From assembly GCF_001194135.2 (NCBI RefSeq), contig NC_068991.1:43527018-43591017 (forward strand): a stretch of DNA of 64,000 bases, given 5' to 3'. Below are positions 1 to 13,300 of the stretch, one piece after another. This stretch comes from Octopus bimaculoides (lineage: Eukaryota). Numbering within the stretch: position 1 is the first letter of the stretch; every line of letters starts with the position of its first letter. A program made the translations under genes and the position numbers. A model generated the notes under the pieces. That model worked only from the letters and a program-made list of their open reading frames with translations, did no database searches and had not been told where the DNA came from.

Positions 1-172
1 ATCATCATCATCATCGTTGTTGTTTAACGTCCGCTTTCCATGCTAGCATGGGTTGGACGACTGACTGAGGATTGGTGGACCAGGAGGCGACGCCAGGCTC
101 CAATCTGATTTGGCAGAGTCTCTACAGCTGGATTCCCTTCCTAACACCAACCACTCCGAGAGTGTAGTGGGT
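1..172 (-). mobile_element. SINE family C fragment with RTE-like 3' tail ending in (GAT)n
   Basis: Matches copies at 5893-6245 and 6932-7250 (shared GGTTGGACGA...CTCCAATCTGATTTGGCAGAG...CAGCTGGAT(G/T)CCCTTCCTAAC). Orientation inferred from the (ATC)n/(GAT)n tail. Confidence 0.8.
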
Positions 173-784
173 GCTCTCTCTCTCTCTCTCTCTTTCTATA
201 TATATATATATATATATAATATACACGCACTCTTAACATCTTGTACACAAGTGTATGTGTGTGTTTCAATACTGGTTGTGTGTACATGTGTATATATATA
301 TTGTGAGCAAGTGTTCAGCTGAGCTGATGAAACTCAAATGGAGAATCCCTGTATGTGTTTGCATGTATGTATGCACGTCTGTATGCATGCAAGTATACAT
401 GTATCTTTTGCTGGTGTACATCCATAAAGAAAGAAGCATAAGAGTCAAGACAGTGCTTTTCGAATGAAGTTCACTGAGTTACAAACACCACCTCGATACT
501 CTTACCACTTAAAATGCAGTGAACTAGTGATTGGATGGTTAGAAATCTGTAAACAATGATGCTATTATTCCCTGGTTGTGATATAAAATATGTGTGTTTC
601 TTTTATCTTTTAACTGCTTCAGTCATTTGAACTGCAACCATGTTGGGATACTGTTTGGAAGGGTTTAGTCAAACAAACCAACTTTGCCAAATCATTAAGT
701 TACAGGAGTGAAGACAAACCGGGACTAGTTGCACAAGCAAATACATGTGCACGAGCGCGCACACACACACACACACTCATACAA

Positions 785-915
785 CATGTTTACCAAATCC
801 ATTCACAAGGCTTTGTCCACCCAGGATTATAGTAGACAAAACTTGCCCTAAGTGCTATGCAATGGGATTGAACCCAGATCCATGTGGTTGGGAAGCAAAC
901 TTACCACACAGCTAC
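785..915 (-). mobile_element. SINE family A head fragment
   Basis: Reverse complement resembles the head at 2326-2480 (ACCACATGG...GGGTTCAATCCC...CTACTATA...GGATTTGGTA). Confidence 0.7.
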
Positions 916-1714
916 ATATATCATGAGTTACAAGTACCATAGGTAATGCAGCCCATAAGATGAAATCTATACTCCACTCAGATGGCTTTCTAGAAGCTAC
1001 TGCTTTAAGAAGGTGGCATTAATTAATGCTGGCAATGGCACATTTTTTACAGTATAAATCATAATTGAGAACATTGAGTCTTGCAAAATATATGCACTCA
1101 AGAACCATGGAGAAATGGTGTATTGCAGATATGGCCTGGTCATATTTGCATTGATGATTTGAATGATAATGAGAATAATATTATGATGATAATAAAGTGG
1201 CTGAAATTGCAATTTATTTTCCATTTTTAAATCCCAGAATTCATGCAGTTACTTCTTTTTTTGTCTGTCTGTCTATCTGTCTGCCTCTCTCTCTCTCAGT
1301 ACACACACACACACATACATATCTATCTGTCTGTCTGTCTCTCTATCTATCTAGCTTGCTAGCTATCGATCTAGATATATCTTAAACTGATTCTCAGTTA
1401 TTCTCAATTCTTCAATTTATTGACCCTATGCAGGATTTTCTGAATTTCTGGGCTAAGGTTTAGGAGTTGGGGAAAGCAAGAGTAAATTATCATCTTAAAT
1501 TCCCATAAGTACAATCAGAACAGCCTGCATGATTTTACAATATCCATTTACTGAATTCAATATCTCTGAAATTCAATATTTCTGGATTGCATCGATTGAA
1601 TATCAACTGTCCCAGAAGCAATAAGTAGCAAACAAAGAAATTAACTCATTTCATTTTGAATGAAATTTCAGCTGGCAGAGATTTTTTTTTTAGTTTCCAT
1701 TGCTTTGTTGTTGT

Positions 1715-2150
1715 TTGTGTTGTGATTGCTGATGCTGCTGTTGTTGTTGTTCTTATGATTGTGATTGCCACTGCTTCTGTTGTTGTGGTTGTTGTTGCTA
1801 CTGTTGTTATTGTTGTTGTTGATGATGTTAATGATGATGGTGGTGGTGGTGGTGGAGATGAGGAAGAGGAGGAGGAGGAAGATGTTGGTGTTTCTGGTAG
1901 TTGGGTGACAGCAGTGGTGGTGGTGGTGGTGGTAGTAATGGTCGTGGAGAAGGTATAGATAGCTGTAGAAGTGGTAAATATGGTGTTGATGGCAGTGGTG
2001 GTGATAGTGAAGATACAGATGGGAGTGAAGCTATCGTTATATCCACCAAAACCACCACCAATACACAGATAGTGGTGGCCATTGTTGTTGTTGTTATTGG
2101 GGTGGGGTGGCACTGGTCATAGCAGAGGTCACCATCATGATAGTGATGAT
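1715..2150. repeat. Compound trinucleotide low-complexity tract (GTT/GAT/GGT/GAG)
   Basis: Runs of gttgtt, gatgat, ggtggt and gaggag. Explains the poly-T/V/P ORFs in the track. Confidence 0.9.
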
Positions 2151-2325
2151 GATATCTTTGCTGCTCTGCTCCATCATCCAGTTATAGTAAACAATCTCTC
2201 ACCCAGAAAAAAACAAGTTATTTACTTTCATTTATCATCTTTTCCTTATTTCTTTTATTGTTACCAATTCGAATGTCATTCTCTCTTGTGTTCTTATTTG
2301 ATCAATGAATTTATAAACAATAAAC

Positions 2326-2745
2326 GTAGGAGTGGCTGTGTGGTAAGTAGCTTGCTTACCAACCACATGGTCCTGGGTTCAGTCCCACTGCATAGCACTT
2401 TGGGCAAGTGTCTTCTACTATAGCCTCGGGCCAACCAAAGCCTTGTGAATGGATTTGGTAGATGGAAACTGAAAGAAGCCCGTCGTATATATGTATGTAT
2501 ATATATATATGTATGTGTGTGTGTGTGTATATGTTTGTGTGTCTGTGTTTGTCCCCACAACATCGCTTGACAACTGATGCTGGTGTGTTTACGTCCCCGT
2601 AACTTAGCAGTTCAGCAAAACAGATCGATAGAATAAGCACTAGGCTTACAAAGAATAAGTCTTGGGGTCGATTTGCTCGACTAAAAGCGGTGCCCCAGCA
2701 TGGCCACAGTCAAATGACTGAAACAAGTAAAAGAGTAAAAGAATA
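2326..2745 (+). mobile_element. SINE family A, near full length (tRNA-like head, internal TA/TG microsatellite, TAAAAGA tail)
   Basis: Head GGCTGTGTGGTAAGTAGCTTGC...GGGTTCAGTCCC, internal (AT)/(GT)n, 3' GACTGAAACAAGTAAAAGAGTAAAAG. Related fragments at 2855-3010, 9312-9665, 34100-34230, 37850-38190, 47230-47340 (-) and 50592-50770 (-). Confidence 0.8.
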
Positions 2746-3422
2746 ATAATTTTTTTCCTTTTCTTTGCTTTTTCCATTCCCTTAAGTTTTATTTTACTGT
2801 TATCCTATTACAATTATATGTGCACATACATAGACATAGGCATAGCACAGCGCAGAAATAGTTGTGTTGCTGAGAAGTTTACTTCCCAACTACATGGTTT
2901 TGCATTCAATCCTACTGCATGATCCCTTTGGAAAATGTCTTCTCGTATAACCCTATAGCCCTTGGCTGGTGAGCAGATTTGATTGGTGGAAACCCATCAT
3001 GTGTATGTATGTATACAAATGTGTGTGTGTGTGATATAATGTGTGTGTGTATATATATCTATCATATATATGTATGTATGTATCCATCAGTACACCATCA
3101 CAAATTGAGAATAGGTTCATGTCTTGGTTTCATTTCACACCAATCCTTTTCCCCATTTACTTTCCCTGTCCACAGTATTCTTTTAATTTCTGTTGTGAAT
3201 TTGTCCTTTTCTGCATTTCGTTTTGTCTTCTAGGGTCACCAGTAATTCACGTACCACATTCCACATTACATTTTTTATTTCTCCTGCTGATCTTAATGAC
3301 GCAGTAACTGTATCGTTGAATGGCTCACAGTGTTTTGGTATCAGTATGGACGACCCATCCACATGCCCTAGTTTTTTCGACTGTAAATATTCCAGTTCTA
3401 TATTTAAGAGATGAGGAATTAT

Positions 3423-3822
3423 GTACATTATTTACATTATTTACATTTGACGGATATTTGTCCTCATCTTGTTTGTTGTTAACGCAATGTTTCAGCTGAT
3501 ATACCCTCCAGCTTTCATCAGGTGTCTTGGGGAAATTTCGAATCTGGGTTCTCATTCCTAAGGTATATGGCGTAGTGGTTAAGGGTGCGGGCTACTAACC
3601 CCAAGATTCCAAGTTCGATTTCAGGCAGCGACCGGAATAATAATAATAATAATAACAACAACAACAACAACAACATCGAAAAATATCTTAGGAATGAGAA
3701 CCCAGGTTCGAAATTTCCCCAAGACACCTGATGAAGGCTGGAGGGTATATCAGCCGAAACGTGTTAACAACAAACAAGATTAGGACAAATATCTGTCAAA
3801 TGTAAATAATGTAAATAATGTA
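3423..3822 (+). mobile_element. tRNA-headed element with ~140-bp inverted arms, each carrying a degenerate minimal hammerhead motif
   Basis: Arms 3423-3565 and 3683-3822 are reverse complements. Centre has A-box TGGCGTAGTGG (3568), B-box GTTCGATT (3613) and (AAT)n(AAC)n. CTGATGA-stem-GAAA motifs at 3724-3764 (+) and 3482-3525 (-). Confidence 0.75.
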
Positions 3823-4232
3823 AATATTCCATTTTGTAATCATAATTCAATAATGTAGTGCCCCATTGCTGTAGTCTATTCCCTATGTGCATTGGTATTC
3901 CTTTTTTAGAACTGTATATTGACAGTATTGGACGATAATCCAATTGTAGACAGGAACTCCTTCCATGAATAAATCTATAGAATTTTTTCACACCAAATCA
4001 TTAACAAATCATTTAGCAGGGCTCTTACATTGTGTATATTGCGAATATAAATTTGATAGTAATTTACTAAACCCAAGAATGCTTTAGCATAGTCACATTA
4101 TTTGGCATGGGCATATTTTTTGTTGCAGTTGCTCTGACTGGATGCAGCTTCTGTCTGTTTTTATCTATTACCTGACCCAAGTATTAAATTTTTTTCAGAA
4201 AGAACTCGCATTGTGGTGGTGGTGGTGGTGAA

Positions 4233-4263
<31 letters not shown>

Positions 4264-4660
4264 CTGCTGCTGCTGCTGGTGGTGATGGTGGTGGTGGTGA
4301 TAATGATGACACATACAAACACACACCCATACATCTTCATATCCACATCCATACCTATGATTCATACAACACATTTTATTTTATGTTTATTTGTCTAATA
4401 ATTTTCTACAATCTATGAAACATGTAGAACTGTAATATAACATTTGTTTCTGTTTTACCCTTACAGTGAAATCATGAAATGGTCATCCAGGATGAAGGAT
4501 GAAAACTGCTATTTTGTTTCTTCAGACTTGTTGAAATAAGCTTAACTATGAGGGTCAAATGAAGCAACAATGCTCCTTCAAAGCTTTTTTCTTCATAACA
4601 CATATAGAAATCATGATTTTATTATTATGACGATATTAAAGGTGGTGAGCTGGCAGAATC

Positions 4661-4845
4661 ATTAGTCAATGCCATCAACACCAATAATTGACAGGTACTT
4701 TATTTATCAACCCTTGAATGATGAAAGGTAAAGTTGATCTCAATGGTATTTGAACTCAGAACATTATGAGTTGGATGAAAGGTATTTTTTTCAATGTTCC
4801 AATGATTCTGCAAGCTTAATGCTTTCATAATAATGGTTTCAAATT
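4661..4845 (-). repeat. Near-perfect inverted copy of 5414-5598
   Basis: Manual alignment of the reverse complement gives about 185 bp with about 3 mismatches. Confidence 0.9.
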
Positions 4846-5892
4846 CCGCTGAGGTCGACTTTGCCTTTCATCCTTTCGGTGTCAATTAAATAAGTACCAG
4901 TTACGCACTAGAGTCAATATAATCGACTTAATCCATTTGTCTGTCCTTGTTTGTCCCCTCTGTGTGTAGCCCCTTGTAGGCAGTAAAGAAATAAGAATCA
5001 TTAGCATGTTGGGCAAAATGCTTAGTGACATTTTGTCCATCTGTATGTTCTGGATTCAAATGCTGCTGAGGTTGACTTTGCCTTTCATCCCTTTTGGGAT
5101 TTATAAAATAAGTACCAGTTGGGCACTTGGGTCGCTGTAATCAACTTAACCCCACCCCCAAACTTGCTGGCCTTGTGCCAAAATTTGAAACCATTATTAT
5201 GAAGAGATTAATGTGGCAAGCTGGCAGAATCATTAGCACACCAGACAAAATGCAGCTAGGCATTTTATTCATCTTTATGTTCTGAGTTAAAATTCTGCCA
5301 AGGTCAACTTTGCCTTTCATTTTTTCAGGATTAATAAAATAAGTACCAGTCAAGTACTGGGGTTGATGAAATTGACTTACCTCTCCCCTCAAAACCTGCT
5401 GGTCTTGCGCCAAAATTTGAAACCATTATTATGAAAGCATTAAGCTTGCAGAATCATTGGAACATTGAAAAAAATACCTTTCATCCAACTCATAATGTTC
5501 TGAGTTCAAATACCATTGAGATCAACTTTACTTTTCATCATTCAAGGGTTGATAAATAAAGTACCTGTCAATTATTGGTATTGATGGTATTGACTAATCA
5601 TCTTTCTTCAAAATTTCTGGCCTTGTGCCAGAATTAGAAACCATTATTATTATCATTATCATTATTAAGGCAGTGAGCTGACAGAAACATTAGTACTCCT
5701 GGCAAAATGCTTAGTGGCATTTCATCAGTCTTTATGCTCTGAGTTCAAATTCATTCAAGGTCGACTTTGTCTTTTATCCTTTTGAGGTTGATAAAATAAG
5801 CAGTCAAACACTGGGGTCAATATAACTGACTGGTCCTCTCTCCTTAAGTTTCAAGCCTTGTGCCTATGATAGAAAGGATTATTATTATTATT

Positions 5893-6245
5893 CGCCTTTC
5901 TGGCACTTGTGCCCGTGACATGTGTAAGGATTTTCGAGCGAGATCGTTGCCAGTAAGTACCCCTAGACTGGTCTTGTGCGGGTGGCACATAAAATACACC
6001 ATTTCGAGCGTGGCCATTGCCAGTACCGCCTGACTGGCCTTCGTGCGGGTGACACGTAAAAGCACCTACTACACTCTCTGAGTGGTTGGCGTTAGGAAGG
6101 GCATCCAGCTGTAGAAACTCTGCCAAATCAGATTGGAGCCTGGTGTTGCCATCCGGTTTCACCAGTCCTCAGTCAAATCGTCCAACCCATGCTAGCATGG
6201 AAAGCGGACTTTAAACGATGATGATCATCATCATCATCATTATCA
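5893..6245 (+). mobile_element. SINE family C copy
   Basis: GGTTGGCGTTAGGAAGGGCATCCAGCTGTAGAAAC...CCAACCCATGCTAGCATGGAAAGCGGAC followed by a GAT/ATC tail. Confidence 0.85.
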
Positions 6246-6931
6246 TTAAAGCAGTGAGCTATCAGAACCATTAGCACACCAGGTGAAATACTTAGCAGTA
6301 TTTCATCCATCTTTACAGTCTGAGTCCAAATTCCACTGAGGTCAACTTTGCCTATTATCCTTTCAGTGTTAATGAAATAAGCACCAGTCGAGCACTGGAG
6401 TTGATGTAATGAACTAGCTCCCTTCTCCAAAATTTCAGGCCTTATGCCTATATTAGAATTGATTGTTGTTGTTGTTATTGTTGTTGTTGTTGTTGTTGTT
6501 GCTGTTATTATTGTTATTGGATTGGTAGAACTATTTGATTAAATCTGAAAACAAGACTCGTGAATTTATTGTTAAAAAGTATTGATACTTATGTAGTCAA
6601 GATGCATAACTTAAATATTCTTTCCTTGTTACCCAATCCTAATATAATGTAAATTTACTTTTGTGTCCATTGAAAATAATGTATTTGCACAGTAGCTTGT
6701 GTAATGGCATAAGGTAAAAGTAGAAGCTGTACAAAATGAAATGTTTCATGCCTGTTTAAAAATCCCAGTTTGCCTTAATGGGGATGGTTGGCATTGCAGT
6801 GTCTTTAATATAGTAGCTATAGTCTCATTCATTCAACTGACCATATTTATGAAAAACATAATAGTTAAGCTCAATTACTGCATGATGAATTTTAATGTAG
6901 TGAAATGGAAAAATAAAGAAGTGGTAAGACT

Positions 6932-7250
6932 ATCATCATCATCGTTTAACGTCTGCTTTCCATGCTAGCATGGGTTGGACGATTTGACTGAGGGCTGGTG
7001 AACCAGATGGCCACACCAGGCTCCAATCTGATTTGGCAGAGTTTCTACAGCTGGATGCCCTTCCTAACGTAAACCACTCCGAGAGTGTAGTGGGTGCTTT
7101 TACGTGCCACCAGCACGAAGGCCAGTCAGGTGGTACTGGCAACGGCCACGCTCAAAATGGTGTATTTTACGTGCCACCTGCACAGGAGCCAGTCCAGCGG
7201 TACTGGCAACTATCTCACTCGAATGTCTGTTCACGTGCCAGGAAGGCGAC
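6932..7250 (-). mobile_element. SINE family C copy, inverted relative to 5893-6245
   Basis: Roughly 90% identical by eye to the reverse complement of 5930-6220. Confidence 0.85.
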
Positions 7251-9154
7251 GTTGGTATCAATTAAAATATTATAATTGTGAAGTTTGTTTGCCTCTTTAT
7301 GAATGCTATTTCAATATAATTATTGCAGTTGGTTTAGTTTAAAGAGTATTGGATCTCAGAAGTATTCCAAATATTGGATTAACCTTAAACATCCAGTTGT
7401 TCATATAAGTTCAATGCAGTGTAGTACTGTTGTATATAATGCAATGTGTGGCTCATGACATTTGCTACCTTACTATTAGATTAATCTAGCACTGACTGTT
7501 TGATGGGTTTGCTTTGGCAAAATACGTTCTGACAATGATATAAAGTTGGTAATGAAGGCAGGAGAGTCCAAACATAAAGCTGATAAACATAAAGCAGACA
7601 CATCAGATTTATTTAACAATGATTGTAATGCAAGCAGCTGCATTGGTTACAGCTACAACAGTAGATTCTGCAAATCAAAACAAAACAAAAAAAGCAATAA
7701 CAACCACAATAACAAAAATATTAACAATAATTAAAAGAAGGGCAATAGTACCAGTAGTTACAGCAACAAAAGCAACATAAACAACAACTACAACAATAGT
7801 TGCAGAAACAACTGCAATTAGCAGCAAAAACAACAGTAGCAACAACAGTGATTATAAAAAGAAATTCAACATTTCAGCCATTCAAGATAAGACAGACATG
7901 AATTTAAGCCTAATGTCTTCTCAAAAAGATAATGGCAATGATACTGCAAATTAGCAATTTGAGTAGCAAAAAGAAAAACAAAAATTCTAGAATGGTGGCA
8001 TATTTCTAACTTTCCAAAAAATCAAAATATATCGCCTTCACTCTAAAGTGAAAGTTGAAAAGATATTCAAGAATTAACTTAACCATAACAGACAACATAA
8101 TGAAGGAAACCTTATTATATAATAAAGAGTTCATGAAAGCTATACTTAAGGGCAAATCACCAAATATAGATATTTTCTTGATGATCATAGTAATTTAATT
8201 AAAAAAATTTTTTAATCTTTCATTTATTTATTTATTTGGATTTTACTCATCTAGAGTTTACCCACTTCAGTGTTCAGTGCCGGGCCCAATGTTGTACCAA
8301 TCAACATGTCACTCCATCTGATATTGAAAGCCTATTACTACTAGCCAAATACAAAGGCCAGTGAGGAGGCCAGTGTCAGGAGAAAAAATTTGAACATCAC
8401 ACCACAAAGAACTGGAACGGATGCAGCAAAATTTCTCCTCCAGCATTGTAACATTTCCAATTCACAATTCAATTTATTGTCCCTGAAAATATGACAGGAA
8501 TCAATAAAGGAAGTACAGAGAGCTGCATAAATGAACATAAGTTGTGTTGACATACATCTACCATTTTGGCACTCAGTTCTCTTCATTACTTTCTCCTGCA
8601 ACTCTAAATGGAAAGAAATTCATATAGAGAGCTTTCCATGAAATCATGCCTGTGAATACATTTACAGGCACGATTTCACAGCTCAAAATTTGATTAAAAT
8701 TCCACTTCAAATTGAGGAAAATAATAGATTTGATTACATAGTGCCAAATATATGAAGTTGTCATGTCTCATTTACATACCACAGACTGATTAAAAAGGAG
8801 ATTGCTACACACACACACACACACACACACAACTATAAAACATCCTATACAATGTTCTAACTACTTTGATTATTCACTGATTCTCAGTCATAGCTTTCAT
8901 AAAAGAATTCAATGACACAAAAATTTCCACTCAATCTACATGTATTTCTCATAATAACTCCAAAAGAGAAGAGTTCAAGATTGAAAATTTACAGTCATGA
9001 AACATTTTTCATTAAAATTTTCACAATTCTCAAAGTTGTTTATGTATATATAGTAGCCTTCTACCTGGCTGGCTTCTGTCAAACCATCCAACCCAAGCCA
9101 GCATGGAAGGCAAATGCTAAATGATGATACTGATGATGCTGATGACAATGATGA

Positions 9155-9285
<131 letters not shown>

Positions 9286-11449
9286 AAGCATGTTTTGTAT
9301 TTATCAGGCATGGATGTGTACTTAGGAAGCTTGCTTTGCAACCATATGGTTCACTCCCACTGCATGGCACACTGAGCAAGTGTCTTGTCGCCATAAGCTA
9401 ACCAATGCCATGTGAGTGAATATTGTAAGATAGAATCTGCTCTGCGTATGTGTCATTGTGTTTGCATTTATCCCTCCACTATCACTTGACAACTGGTATT
9501 GGCTTGTTTAGATTCCTATGACTTAAAGGTTTGGCAAAAGATATTAATAGAATAAGTACCAGACTTTAAAAATTTCTACTAAAGTCAATTTTTTGACTAA
9601 ACCCTTCAAGGCATACTCTAGCAAGGCTCCAGTCCAATGACTGAAATCAATAAAAGATAAAATATAAAGGGTATATAAGGTGGTAAATTAACTGAGCTGT
9701 GAGAGCACCAAATAAATTGCCTTGTGATAATTGTTTCAGTTCTCTACTCTCTTTTAGTTCAGATACTCCTGAATTCAACATTTTTTTTCATCCTTTCAGG
9801 GTCAATAAATACAGTACGGGTCCTGCTTAGGGCCGATTTTTTTCTTCCTCTTTCTCTGTCTGTTTGTCTCTCTGGAAGTAATCAGCTGTCTAAAAAAAAA
9901 AAATAGTATACCCATGAGAAAGAAGAAAAAGAAATGTTTCCCATTTCTTATATACATGTGTGTGAGCAGGCAAGGAATATGTGTGGGAGCTAGCTTTTAA
10001 AAAAGAGAGAAGTGCTCTTTTTTTATATACATCCTTACTACATGCACACACTACTTGTTAAAATATGTTGGCTGATTTTAAAGATATTTTTGATCCTTCT
10101 TGAAACATGTGGTACCAATTATTTATTACATCTGTTTCTTTCTCCTTTAGCAGTTTTTTCCATTTTTAAATGAACCTCTTTGCATACATTTTCATATCAG
10201 CTATCACACAAATTAGATACTCTGTGCTCACATGTGCAAATAATTTGCATCTTTCGTTCTACATTGCAATTTATTTCAATTCAAAATTTGCATTTTTAAA
10301 AATTCTCTTGAATTTACAATTGCTTTATTTTTCAATGATGCTTCCACCTATAATTCCTCCAAAATGTTCTCTGCTGTTAAATGCAATCATGTTCTGAGGG
10401 CAGCAGAAACATGAATAGTGACAATGAAGAATGGAAGCCAATATTGCCCAGAATGTAGCTCACAAAAGACTTGAGACTGACAGAGAATGTGAGGTTCACC
10501 TCGAACAGAATCCTACTAAACAGATTGCAAATAGGCCATTAAGGATGCTTGATGAACAACAGACTTTCCATAAAGAGAAAGCTACCAAACAAGTTGCACA
10601 TTGACAACTGGAGACATCTAGTGGATGAAGGGCTTAACTGGAAGACAATTCTACTTGAAAAGCATTGAATGCTATGAAACCCCACAATAGTGCCAGGCTG
10701 GCAGAAAGCTATAAAAAAAAAACAAGACAAATAGCGGCCAGATCACAAGACATACACTCATGAACTGTGGAAAAGGTTACCTTCAGCAATGATCTTGGGC
10801 ATGACTATGGTTCTGAAAAAATAATTCCATTTGACACCATGTCTAAAGTTTGAGACAAATGCAGAGTCAAGAAATGCTGATACAATCAAAAAATTAATCT
10901 ACCTGTCCTTGCTAATCTACCAAAGACACTAAAGCAGATCCTGAATGACAGCTTCTTATTGCTGTTATTGATGTATCTACACATTTTGCTTGCATCCAAA
11001 TGACTTCCTTTGTGTTACATTTGAATTCATCAAAAAGAACTGATGACAGAGTTTTATATCCATTTACAAATGCAATTAATAACGATGTATCAAGAGGAGA
11101 GCTTTGTGAATCATACATTTTCCCTTCAAGTTTGACTAGCAGTTCTAGTACTTACAAAAATGAACATGGTTTGTGATGACATATGTTCACTAAGACCTCT
11201 TCATTACTTTCACCTACTTCAAATGGAAAGAAGTTCAAGTAGGAGACCTTTACAAGCTTCATTTAACTACTTAAAATTCGATAAAAATTCCACTTAAAGA
11301 AAGATGATGGATTTGATTACAAAGTGCCAAATATCTGAACCTGTTATATGTCATATGCATAACATTGAAGATTAGAATAGGAGATTGCCAGACACATGCA
11401 TGCATGTACTTGCACACACACACATACATATGCACACACACACACATAT

Positions 11450-11484
<35 letters not shown>

Positions 11485-11619
11485 AACAAGAAAACACATA
11501 TACATATGTGCAAACATCAAACATATACATATTGATCTAGTTAAATAAAATTCATTTCTGTTTAATTGATACCACATCACCAAAACTTCTAGATCCTGAC
11601 AGAAACAGAGAGTATTCTT

Positions 11620-12100
11620 ATATTTTTAAAATCTAGGTGGTTTATGGTACCTATGTTGCTCTCAACAGGAGTTCACTTTCCATGAATGATAACAAGCAGT
11701 AAGCTGTTTCTAAGACAATTTGTCACAAAAACCCAAACAGTTGAAGATGACCATTCATTTTACAGAAAATAACAACTAAACAATGGAGTTTAGTTGAACA
11801 TCAACAAATTGACTACTGGTAGATAGTTTCCCATCACTCACTCCTGATGAACACTTTGCACACATCAATGTTAAGTTCTGCCATTCAATAAAGTTCATTA
11901 AAGATGTCTGAAAATATATCAGCAAGGGTCCTTGTGCTTCAGTAGTTACTGTTTTGCTGAAAAACATCTGTAACAAAGTTATCTAATTCCACTATACATC
12001 ACCAGCAATGAGACTTTGGTGCATTTTTGCATTTCCCAATAAGAAGTTGAGTTGCATCCATTCTGTAATCAACAGCTTGCTGTCTACTTCAAAAATGGCA
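11620..12100 (-). mobile_element. Possible hAT-type transposase fossil
   Basis: Stop-riddled minus-strand frames give DV*WN*ITLLQM (cf. hAT DVxTRWNS) and TLADIFSDIFNEL (cf. LADIFxxLNEL). Weak. Confidence 0.3.
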
Positions 12101-13236
12101 ACAAGTTTTCTTCACTTTATCAACTACTACTTAGCAAGTACAACTTTCAAAGGACACAATGCTTAAATCTTTTTTCAAGCTGTGTCAACATACTGTGATC
12201 TCATTAAAAAAATATTGCTGTACTATCAGGTTCCTTCCTACTATATATAAAATAACGGGCAGTGGAGATGAAAAAAGTAAGGTGCTTTTATTGAGGGTCA
12301 ATTTGTCAAGATTTGACAATACCATCTGAAGAGTATACTCTACACTCCAACCAATATGAATGCCTTTATTTATTTATTTTCTTGAGGAACTTCTCTAAGA
12401 AGTATGAAGTCCAAGTTTATTTCAAGATTTTTGAACAGTCAATGGTAAAGTTTGCAGCATCTGCAAAGAAGTAGGTTTAGACTAGGATTGCTGTAGAATG
12501 ATACTCTGTGAGCTGTAACATTGCAAGAAGCTCCTGTATCTCAAACAGCTAAGATACTTTTTGGTATGTTGTTAACCATCCAATCTACTTCAGTTTAAGC
12601 TTGACTATTTTGATGACTTTGCTAAAAAGATGTCACACATAAATTTTAGCTATACTCTTGTATAGAAATAGGGTACACAGAAGAAATCTATAATGCAGTC
12701 CTTATTGACATTGAAAATAAGCTCAAAGATTTAAATTGCCAAGAACATTTTGAAATATGGCCTCCTTCAACCAAGCTCTAAACTGCTTTTTTCTTTTCTT
12801 TTTTTTTATAATTTCATTTACCATGTTTTATAATTATGATTAAACTGCCTGGCACTTTTTCTCTGTCTCTGTATGTATTTATACCTTCCTCTTCTTTTTC
12901 TCTTTCTTGACAAATAAATTCTTAATGCTTTTGCTAAGATCAAATGAAAATCCCACAAAACTATGTCAGTGTATATAACCCAGGTCAGCTATTGAAATAC
13001 TATACAAAATATGGAACAAACAAATCCTTCTAACATGTATGTGGGGTGGTGGGGAATATACTGTGCAAGTATTATGATTTTCATTATTGTTATTTTTTTC
13101 TTTGCATGTATTTATTTTTATATTTATTTGTTTTTCGTATTTTTATCTTTGTAGCTTGTTTCTTACTTTCTGCTTCTTTGTTAGTAGGGCAAATAAAAAT
13201 TCGAGAAACTTGTCTACAAAATACATACCATACATA

Positions 13237-13300
<64 letters not shown>

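Larger units (their letters stand above)
4641..6460 (+). mobile_element. Head-to-tail array of about 7 SINE family B copies
   Basis: Repeated head GAGCTGGCAGAATCATTAGCA, core GAGGTCGACTTTGCCTTTCATCC...AAGTACCAG, and tails GGCCTTGTGCCAAAATTTGAAACCATTATT or TGTCCCCTC...TAAAGAAAT. Starts near 4641, 4996, 5208, 5435, 5667 and 6248. Confidence 0.85.

Noticed and set aside
110-4400. ORFs rich in V/T/P/H/Y/I/C (e.g. 1646-2113, 1656-1958, 4213-4398; also 8975-9401, 13046-13356, 17575-17895, 27620-27805)
   Set aside because: They are translations of di- and trinucleotide microsatellites or SINEs, with no domain signal.
8341-8601. Minus-strand ORF with a hydrophobic C-terminus
   Set aside because: No recognisable domain, and the spliced versions I tried hit stops immediately.
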